Source: Limisphaerales bacterium
GTDB taxonomy: Bacteria; Verrucomicrobiota; Verrucomicrobiia; Limisphaerales; SIBE01
NCBI GenBank assembly: GCA_044225505.1
Contig: JBGAIN010000016.1
Location: 62,001-82,168 of the forward strand
DNA: 20,168 nucleotides
Reading direction: 5' to 3'
A program made the position numbers and the translations under genes. Below the pieces are notes generated by a model, which was not told where the DNA came from, ran no database searches, and was given only the letters and a program-made list of their open reading frames with translations. Shown in pieces: positions 1-9,000 of the stretch. Position 1 is the stretch's first letter, and the number at the start of each line of letters is the position of its first letter.

Positions 1-334
1 GGGTGTTTAGGGAATTTCTGCCACCCCTCGGCCGCGGGGCTGTCAGATGGCACGAAGGAAGCCATGCCGATCGAAAGAAAAGGTCAACCGCTTCCCCTTA
101 AGCGACCTGACGGGCCTGCGGAATCGGCCATCAAGTGGCGCGACCTTGATTTGGTGACTTTTTGTCTCCACCCGATCCTCGGTTTGGGGCCGGTCCGTTC
201 CCAAACCATGCGTCAATTCACTGATTTGGCGCACACTCTGTCAACAAATTGTTACCAGCCTGCAGACGGCATAGGCTGCGGTGGTGCGGCAAACGAGTTT
301 TAGAGGCACCTTAGTCCTTGCGCGCCAGCGTCTT

Positions 335-360
335 GGAGTGCGCCAGACCTCTGGCGCTTT
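335..360 (+). repeat. REP-like palindrome (GGAG tetranucleotide followed by GC-rich hairpin)
   Basis: GGAGT-GCGCCAGA-CC-TCTGGCGC-TTT: perfect 8-bp arms (340-347 / 350-357) with GGAG just 5' of the stem, the usual layout of REP elements. Confidence 0.65.
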
Positions 361-427
361 TCCCTCGAGGTGAGCCGATTACCCTGCATCTCGCGATATA
401 CCAACAGCTTCCGCCTTGGTCTTTCCC

Positions 428-486
428 TCGTAATCTTCATCCTCATCGTAATCGTAATCCTCCTCGTCATCGTTCTTCTATCCTCT
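428..486. repeat. Low-complexity degenerate tri/hexanucleotide repeat (CGTAAT/CATCCT/CCTCGT units)
   Basis: ctcgtaatcttcatcctcatcgtaatcgtaatcctcctcgtcatcgttcttctatcctc. It produces the spurious 'VIFILIVIVILLVIV' and 'TMTRRITITMRMKIT' translations. Confidence 0.7.
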
Positions 487-559
487 CCGCACCTTCGTCC
501 GCTACCCATTTCTCCCCCCTCATTTGAACCATCTGAGAGCCACGGCCGGCGCTGAAGGT

Positions 560-1267
560 ATGTCGCCCCACGCGCCTTGGCGACGCAACCGAATCCAGGA
601 GCAGTTTGCTCCCGGTATGTGCGACAAATCGCCAGCCAGGCTTGGCTTGCGGGATCGGACCTGTTGATGAGTTGTTGCCGGGAAGTCGGACCTGAGTAAG
701 TTGTTGCTTGATTCAGGACCTGAAGTGGTGTTAGCGAAGAGTAATTTTGGTCTGTTTGGAAGCCTGCCCTGGGGGCTTGCGGCCTACATTCCGCAGCTGG
801 AAAATGGAAGGGAATTTTTCTGTGGGCTTTTCGGTAATGTTCATCGGACCTGGGCCAAGTTGTTGTGAGGCTCCAGTATATTTGAAGGTTTCTGTTTGGA
901 AGCCTGCCCTGGGGTTCAAGGGCGGCAGGCTCGTTCTTTGCTGAGTTCCGCTCCAATAGCGCTTTGGCCGATTTAAGTCGTTGGTGATCTTCCCTCAGCA
1001 TCCTTAAGGTGTAGGCTTTTCCAGCCGGGCCTGGCGCGGTTTCACGGCTTTCGCTGTCTTGACCACTCCGTCTGCGCGCCTCGCTTGGCGCGGCGCTCTT
1101 CCGACCAAATCTGTTATGTTGCTGATAGAATTTTGCCTCGACCGCGGACGCTTTGCTCTCCAGGTCCATTGCGGCGACAAACTGCTGCACGCGGTATGCT
1201 CCAGGATCTCCCTGGCCGCGCCAAGGATCTGGCCTTGACGCTTGAGGTCTTCGATCAACTGCTCCAT
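560..1267 (-). pseudogene. Probable multiply frameshifted gene of unknown function with a helical N-terminus and internal repeats
   Basis: Protein-like text moves between frames. ORF 1004..1267 starts MEQLIEDLKRQGQILGAAREILEH, ORF 300..1190 continues QQFVAAMDLESKASAVEAKFYQQ, and the peptide PRAGFQT occurs twice in different frames. The 3' boundary is approximate. Confidence 0.35.
751..914 (+). repeat. Exact 24-bp direct repeat, two copies
   Basis: TCTGTTTGGAAGCCTGCCCTGGGG at 751-774 and 891-914, 140 bp apart. Confidence 0.9.
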
Positions 1268-1409
1268 CCGTTAATGACTTCGGAACACTCTTCTCGTGAT
1301 AAAACCAGCCAGCTCCACTTACCCTTCAAAGATAAAAGGACTCGGTGGTGCCTGTTCGACCCACGCTGGAGTTGATCAGCGCCGACGACCAGGTTGTGGA
1401 AGAATGGTG

Positions 1410-1570
1410 ATGGCGCGTGATTGACGATGTAACGGAGCTGTTCCTGGGTGCAAAGGATTTACAGTCGGCGACCAGGGCCATGGATACAGAGGGAATCCCA
1501 GGTTTCTATGTACGTGAATGCTCATCGTTACGGTTGCCGGGATAAACGCGATGACCATGGCGCCGTCATC
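1410..1570 (-). pseudogene. Possible remnant of an acyl-CoA ligase (AMP-binding, AlkK/DmdB-like) gene
   Basis: The minus strand reads TVNPLHP, then after a +1 shift EQLRYIVNHA. This resembles the family motif HT(I/V)NPRL(F/H)PEQ(I/L)xYIVNHA. The flanks are not recognisable and the boundaries are approximate. Confidence 0.3.
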
Positions 1571-2044
1571 AGCTCGGTGTGGACCATGCAAGTCGCGGGC
1601 GGTGATCTTGCTGTGGCCCCGACGCAATTCGCCGGTGCTCCTCGACCATTGTGTCATCCGTTCGGAATGGATGCCGTCCGGACCGAAACGACTAAAGCGA
1701 GTGAGCCGGTGCGATCGGCTTCGTGAAACTGATCGAGCCGGGCAAACCGACATCACGCTCCAGGGGGGAGTTCATAACTCACCCTCCACCCACTCAGCTG
1801 GTCATCCATCGGCGTATCAGCGCGAGCAAGGCCTGGATCGGAACCGGGTTTCTCTCCGAGCGCAGTCGCGGGGAAGGTGGAGCGGATGAGGAAGGTGAAC
1901 GCGACTTCGAGCAGGTGATGCATTTGATATGACCCAATACCGAGACCATTTAAGAGAAGAAAGAGTGCGCCTCGTTACGCAGACAAATCCTCCGGCATGA
2001 GCAGATGTCGGGATCAGGTCTTTGCTGTCTGGTGCGCCCGGGAG

Positions 2045-2134
2045 CACGCACCGGAACAGAAATGCTCGATTATGGCAACGGTGGGTGAGGTGGTAGATCT
2101 TTCCCGGCACAAAATACCGATGAGCCCTTGGCAT
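2045..2134 (-). pseudogene. Truncated REP-associated tyrosine transposase (RAYT, IS200/Y1-like), N-terminal ~30 codons only
   Basis: MPRAHRYFVPGKIYHLTHRCHNRAFLFR matches the RAYT N-terminal pattern MPRxxRxxxPGxxYH(I/L)TxRC. Similarity then stops, with no HUH (NHxH) motif or catalytic Tyr region visible. Confidence 0.75.
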
Positions 2135-2285
2135 GAGCCTGAGATACCCGATTTGGAGCCAGCCTTACAGCTGAAAACCGCCAGGGCAAAACAGCCGCTA
2201 AGCATCTCGTCGAAGGGGGCTAGGCGGCCTAGCTAGGTCAACTACAAGCCGTTCCTCAGGTCCGACCCCGCACACCCACGAATCC

Positions 2286-2302
2286 TTCCGCAATTTGCGG
2301 AA
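2286..2302. promoter_or_regulatory. Palindromic candidate transcription-factor site upstream of the ferredoxin gene
   Basis: TTCCGCAA-T-TTGCGGAA, perfect 8-bp arms, ~90 bp upstream of ATG 2392. Confidence 0.4.
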
Positions 2303-2391
2303 TCAGGGAGTGGGCCTGTGGCGCAAATCAGGCGCGGGTCAATCACGGCTTGAGCAATTCCGATCGACCGGTAGCCTGGGGTCGAGGTCTT

Positions 2392-2760
2392 ATGTCGCTC
2401 GACACTTTCATGAACCGGATGGCAGACAATGCTTTCGGGAAACTCTACGTCGGCAACCAGTGCTTGGACTGCGACCTATGCAGAGAAATCGCGCCCGAGA
2501 ATTTCGCGCGCAACAACGAAGGCAATTACTCCTACGTCAAGAAACAGCCAGAGAGCGCGGACGAGGAGACACGTTGCCGGGAAGCCGTTGCGGGTTGCTG
2601 CACAAAGACAATCCACGAGGATGGTCTCGCCTTTGACTGGGCTGCGAATCCTGCCCCGACACCGTATCATCTCACGCCCGAAGGGCAGACGGAACAGGCC
2701 CGCTTGCAGCAGCAGGTGAACAAGCTAGACTGTTGCAGGCAGAAGCGGAATCCAGACTAA
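2392..2760 (+). CDS. Single-cluster 4Fe-4S ferredoxin with C-terminal extension
   Basis: GKLYVGNQCLDCDLCREIAPENFARNNEGNYSYVKKQPE...CREAVAGCCTKTIHEDG contains CxxCxxC plus a distal Cys, as in the 'YYVDxxCIDCDLCR...CPxxAI' ferredoxins. The start could also be ATG 2410. Confidence 0.85.
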   Translation: MSLDTFMNRMADNAFGKLYVGNQCLDCDLCREIAPENFARNNEGNYSYVKKQPESADEETRCREAVAGCCTKTIHEDGLAFDWAANPAPTPYHLTPEGQTEQARLQQQVNKLDCCRQKRNPD

Positions 2761-2850
2761 CTCAGAACCACAGCCGCGACGCTTCGGTAAGGCAGCCGTC
2801 TCGATGACAGAACGTTCGGCCAGAGACGAAGAGCGGTGAAGCGGTGAAGC

Positions 2851-3014
2851 GGGTGCATCTCGACAGTACCACCCTTTGTTGGCGCGCGGACTTGAGTCCG
2901 CCGGACCGTCTGATGTGGCCAGCAGCGCTCGAATCCTTCGCGATCGCGGTCGTGCCTGCGGACATTCCTGCGGGATAAATCCCGCGATCCTGGTGGGACT
3001 GTCAAGATACGCCC
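2851..3014. mobile_element. 164-bp MITE/REPIN-like element, copy 1
   Basis: Imperfect 23-bp terminal inverted repeats (GGGTGCATCTCGACAGTACCACC ... GGTGGGACTGTCAAGATACGCCC, 19/23). Flanked by a 9-bp direct repeat CGGTGAAGC (2842-2850, 3015-3023). 158/164 identical to 15471-15634. Confidence 0.85.
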
Positions 3015-3041
3015 CGGTGAAGCTGGGATTAATCTGAGGAT

Positions 3042-3070
3042 TTGACTTTCTTAATGAGAGTGGTTACAAG
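3042..3070 (+). promoter_or_regulatory. Candidate sigma70 promoter for the giant-protein operon, possibly leaderless
   Basis: TTGACT (3042-3047), 17 bp, TACAAG (3065-3070). The GTG start is at 3077 with no Shine-Dalgarno in between. Confidence 0.4.
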
Positions 3071-3076
3071 TCCCGC

Positions 3077-6000
3077 GTGCGTTCCCGCGCAATCCATGCT
3101 TTCGCAATCGAAAGTCTTGAAACGCGCCTTCTTCTTTCCGCCGCTGCACCGGCAGTGGATCTCCCCGCTGATTCATCGGGAGCGAGTGCCATCCATGAAA
3201 CGGCAACGGTCGCCTTGGCCGGTGCTCAGCCGAGTGATGTCGCGGAGGGATCGATTTCCGACCCGACTTCCGATTTGTTCGAGGGCGTAGCCATGGAGCC
3301 GCTCGAGAGAGACTTTTCTCTGTCTTCGTTATCGGTGAGCGCGCAAGGAGGGGGGACTTGGACGGGGGACATTGCAAACGGCACGGTCTGGGGGAGTGGC
3401 ATGGTGCAACGGATTACCGGCAATATTCGAGTGCCCGCGGGTTCGACGTTGACGATTCAACCGGGAGCGATCGTCAAATTCAATGCCGGAACCCAATTGA
3501 AGGTGGAGGGAACACTAAACGCGGTCGGGACTGAAGCCTCTCCGATTCATTTCACGAGTGTTCGAGATGATTCCGTAGGCGGCGATACGAATGGGGATGC
3601 GACTGCGACACAAGCGGCGGCGGGCGATTGGGATCGGATCTGGACGAACGGTATCGGGGCAAAGACGATCCTGGATTACTGCCGGATTCAGTTCGCCGGG
3701 AAATCCGGCAGCCAACCTGACAGCGCGGCTTCGATCAGCAGCGGCGAACTGATCGTCACGAACAGCCTCATCCAACGGAGCTTGGGCGAGGGCCTTTGGG
3801 TGGCGGCCGGCAAGGCCACGCTGAACGAGAACACCATCGACACGGTCGATCGATTTGGGATCCGCGTAGACACAAATGAAGCGGTCTCGATTACGAACAA
3901 CGATATCAACGGCGCTCGCGCTGGCCCGATCAGCATCAAAGCCGGAACGCCGCAAGTTCTGACCGGAAACACTTCTTCCAACTCGGGGTTGACGAATTTC
4001 GTTCGGATGCTCGGTGGGACGATCGCCGATGCTCGAACCTGGGGAGCGGGTCTTAATTTCTACGTTCCGGAAGACATCACGATTGGGGCGACGGGGAGTC
4101 TGACGCTCGCGCCGGGGCTGATCGTGAAGTTGAATGCCTCGAGATTTCAGGTTGAGGGAACGATGACTGGAATCGGGACCTCCCAACTGCCCATCTTCTT
4201 CACTTCTTTCAAGGACGATTCGATTGGTGGCGACACCAACGGTGACGGCGCAGCCACCACCGCCGCGGCGGGCGATTGGAATCGTATCTGGGTGGCGAAC
4301 CAGGTCGGCGCCAAAGCGACTTTCGAGAATGCGCGCTTCGCCTTTGGCGGCAAGTCCGGATCCGCGCCGGACGGCATTGTGACGATTTCCAAAGGGGAAC
4401 TGATCGTTCGGAACAGCACGGTCGAGCGAAGTTTCGGGGAGGGAGTCTGGATCGCGGGCGGGAAAGCGACGATCGAAAACAATCGGATTTCGCAAACGGC
4501 CAATTTCGGGGTTCGCGTTGACACCAATGAGCTGGTGACGATCACGAACAACACGATCCAGGGCGCCAAGGCGGGGCCTATCACGATCCGGGCTGGGACG
4601 CCGCAAACGTTGACGGGAAACACCTCTAGCGAATCGGGTCTCGCCAACTCGATTCGAATGCTGGGAGGAACGATCGCGGATGTGCGCACGTGGGAACCGG
4701 GCCTAAACTACGTCGTTCCCGAAGACATCACGATCGCGTCGACGGGCAGTCTGACGATCTCTCCGGGATTGATCCTCAAGATGACCAATTCGAGGTTTGA
4801 GATCGCAGGCGTGATGACGGCCATCGGGACTGAACAGTCTCCAATCTGGTTCACATCCCTCAAAGACGACTCCGTGGGAGGAGATGCGAACGGAGATAGT
4901 GCGGCCACCATCCCGGTGGCTGGTGATTGGAATCGTGTCTGGGTGAACGGAACGTCAGGGAAGGGAACTTTCGACAATGTTCATTTCTCGTACGGCGGCA
5001 AGTCTGGTTCCGCTCCAGATGGGCTGGTGACGATTTCCCGGGGTGAGTTGATCGTCCGGAATAGTTTTGTTGAGCATAGTTTCGGCGAAGGGGTTTGGTT
5101 GGCGGGAGGCAAGGCGACCATCGAGAACAACACGATCTCGGACACGACGAATTTCGGGGTTCGCATTGAAACAAACGATCCAGTCTCTTTGACCGGCAAC
5201 CGGATCAGCTCAGCCAAAGCGGGGCCTTTACGGTTTCGCCCGGAATCGCCGCTGACCGCGACGGGCAACAGTTCCACGGGATCAGGCCGAGCGAACGCGG
5301 CGCTCGTATCGAGCGGATCCATCAATGGACTCAGGGTCTGGAACGATGGGATCATGTCCTACGTCGTGGAAGGGCTGGACATTGGGTCGGCCGGTATCCT
5401 GGAACTCGGCGCGGGCCGAGTTTTGAAGATGTCCACCGGGGCCCGAATTACGGTTCTCGGGACCCTCACGGCCCAGGGCACGGAGGCCGCCCCGGTGATT
5501 TTCACTTCGATAAGAGATGACGCGAACGGGAATGACACCAACGGCGATGCCGGTGTCACTCTGCCGGCGCCCGGCGATTGGGACCGAATTTGGGTGAACG
5601 ACAATGCCGCGAAGGTGACGCTGGATTTTACCCGCTTACTCTACGGAGGAAAGATCGGGGGATCGCAGCAACTCGACTCATCGATTTCAATCAGCCGTGG
5701 TTTGCTGAACCTTTCAAACAGTCTGGTCCAATTCGGGGCGGCGGACGGGATCTGGATTGCTGGCGGGAATGCAACGGTCACAGGGACAACGATCCGCGAC
5801 GTTAAGGAGTATGGGTTCCGAGTGGATGAACGTTCCATTCACCAGGTTCTAACGAACAACCTGATCGAAAGGGCAGGGGACGGCGCCATTTTCCAAGACT
5901 CGGCGTCGGACCTGGATTTGACGGGAACCACTTGGACGGCCAGTGGCCGCGCCAATGCCGTGGTGGTTGGGGGCGGATCGGTGACCACGACGCGCCGGTG

Positions 6001-9000
6001 GATGGGGGATACAACTTACTGGCTGACCGACAACCTCGCGGTGTCCGGGAATTTAACGGTTGGCGCAGGTGCAATACTCAAACTGCCGTTGCGGAAAGGA
6101 ATCCAGGTCGATGGAACTATGATTCTGGGGGAACCGTCCGTAAACCAAGGAACCCAGCCCAATCCAGTCATTATCACTTCCGCGCGGGACGATGTCGGGG
6201 GCGACACGAATTTGGATGGATCAACCACGGTTCCGGCAGCGGGAGACTTCTTCAGCCTGTGGCATCGCAGTGGCAATGTGACACTGCAGAATGTCGAAAT
6301 TCGATTTGCCGGGGTTGAACCCATCTCCAATAACTTCGCTCCAACCCCAGCGATTCTGAGCGACGGAGGCACGCTGCGCTTGGACCACGTGTTGGTGCGG
6401 GACGTCTTCGACGTTGGGCTGCGCGCTCGCGCAAGAGCCAACGTGATTGCCACTAATCTCGAGATCGAGAATACGGGCGCAGCCGGCATCAGCGTGCAAT
6501 CTGGGTCGTTGCAGATTGACCGATTGAATCTGAATGGAATTGGCGGCAGTGCAATGACCGTGACCCCAGGATCTCTCTGGACCTTGCAGAATGTCGAACT
6601 CGGGACGGCCAAATTCCCTGGCATGGAAGTGATCGGAGACGGGACGGTATCCGGGCCCTGGACGCTCGGTCAGTTCGGAACGGTGATCTTCACTGGGCAG
6701 GATTCGCTCACGATCGATCCGACGCGAGGCTCGCTCGAGATCTTGCCAGGGACGATTCTGAAGATGCCGCCGAATTTCCATATCGAGGCGAACGGCCCGT
6801 TCCGGGCGGTGGGAAGTGCGATCCATCCGATTGTCTTTACGTCTATCCGGGATGACACGATGGGGGGCGATACGAATCGAGATGGAGTGGCGACGTTGCC
6901 GGCCCCGGGCGATTGGGGTTACATCGCGCTGCGCAATAGCAATTCGCAGATCGAAAACGTGCGAGTCAATTTTGGGGGGAAATCGAATGTCGGGGTCAAT
7001 GCGGCCGTGCTGATGAACGGCGGTCTCACTCTCAAAAACACGATTATCGATCATTCGAGTCAGGACGGTTTGGTGATCACCGGCCCCGGCTTGGCTGTGG
7101 TTAATAATCTCGTCGTCAGCAACTTCGCAGGGAGTGGCGTCGTTCGAAATTCGGGAACAAATGCCGGTCTGGATTTGTTTGGGGCCACGATCGTGGGCGG
7201 CAAGGATGGGGTCTATCTCGCCAACCAAAGTGCCACTATCACGAATAGTATTATTTCAGGGGCAAGCGAGGCGGGAATTTACGTGACCGGGGCGAATGCG
7301 GTCGTCAATTCGAACTACAATCTGCTCTTCAATCCAAACTCGGTTCGAGGGAACAGTTTCAACTCGCAATCTGCCACGTGGAAGCCTGCCGGCGGTATGG
7401 GAATCGTGACTGACGACCCAAAGTTCTTCGACCCGAGCGCCGGTGTTTTTGAATTGGGAGACGGTTCACCGGCGATCGATGCGGGCTTGGTATCCGACGC
7501 TCATGCGCTGGGGGATTTGCTCGACCGAGCGCGGCGGAATGACACCGCGGTTGTCAATCGCGGGTCTGGGGTGGTGCCTTTTGCGGATATCGGCGCGTTC
7601 GAACGAACGCTTCCTGCGCCCAACGTGGATTTGATTGCCGACGACATAAGAGCGGATTGGATCGTGGCGCCCGATGCGCTCCCGAACGGGTTTGGCGGGG
7701 TTCCGAGCCAAGTGAAGTTTACGTTTTCCATGACGAACAGTTCGGATGTTCCGATCGTCGTCAATCCGCTCACGAACCAGTTCTTTATTCAGCCTACCAG
7801 CCTTGGAGAAACGCCGCGCGATTTTCCCGTGATTCTCCTGGGAGAACGACTTTACAACCTGAATCTGGCGGGCGGAGCCAGTGCGACGTTTACGGAAACG
7901 TTCGTCATACCGACGTTGTTCAGTGGTCCCTACACCGCAGGGATCACCCTGGATGCAACGAATGCGTTTCCAGAATCGGGCGCTGGCGAACTCAACAATA
8001 CCACCGAGGCAGTCGCTCCTCTCTTGTTCGTAAATCCCGTATTCACTCCGGGTGTGCCGATCAAAGCTCCTATCGACTTGAACGGAGTCATCTTCGACCT
8101 GCCAGAGTCTGGAAACCTGATCAAGCTAGGCTCGCTGTCGATCCTTAGCCCCGTGAACGCGAAGGCGTACCTCTTCAATGAGGATGCAGACTTTAGTCTT
8201 CCCCCGGACTGGAAGTTACCGCCGCCGCTGGTTCTGCTCCCAGCAGGCACTCCCGTCGACGTTCAGCAGGTTTTCCAGCCGAACAGTTTCCTGTTCCTGT
8301 TGCCAGACACCCTTGCGCCACAGGGGGCGGAATTTACTGCCTCCTTCTTCACCATAGATGCTGGAAGAATCGAGCGGGTCTTTCCTTCGACGCTTGGGAA
8401 TAGCGGGCTTGGGACCTTACGATTCTTTGGCGGCCCGTTCCCAGACGACGCGTCAATTGGCCTCGCCGGGCCGAACAACATGACGGTCCTTTCTCAGGAC
8501 ATTCAATACACGGAGGAAGGGGTCGAACTCATCGGACAGTTCAATTTGAACGGTGTGGCCGCTGGCGAATATGTGCCGTTCGTTCAGATGAACGGGACGC
8601 GGTTGACGACTGCGCCGATCGAGATTGTCAATGGCGGGGCCGACCCGCTGCGCGTGACGCTGACCGGACCGGACGTGTTGCGGGCAGGCGTGCCGATGCC
8701 GTTTCAACTGCAGTGGTTCAATCCAGGGTTTGTCGACTCGACGACGAACCTCATCCAGATTCCTATGCCCTCCGGAGCACACATCACTTTTGATCCGGAC
8801 GATCGCGAGCGGGTGACGGACTTAACATTGTTTGGCGTCTCGGGCCATTCCACCAACTTCTTGTCGTTGCCCGCCCAGAGTGGGGGGCACATGGACTTCT
8901 ACCTCACTCTGGATCCCGGCCAGCCGCTGGTCCCGTTAACGGTCACTGCGGCGCCGATTGATAGTCCGTCCTTCCAAGTGCCCGCGGATTGGGGGTCATT

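Noticed and set aside
48..62. Sigma54-like promoter TGGCACG-N4-AAGC
   Set aside because: The -12 element lacks TTGC and there is no credible downstream gene on the + strand.
370..555. Small membrane protein with a VIFILIVIVILLVIVLL segment
   Set aside because: The hydrophobic run is the translation of a low-complexity DNA repeat.
655..914. Possible CRISPR array from spaced repeats
   Set aside because: Only two exact 24-bp copies, 140 bp apart. The other motif is degenerate with irregular spacing, and there are no cas genes in the window.
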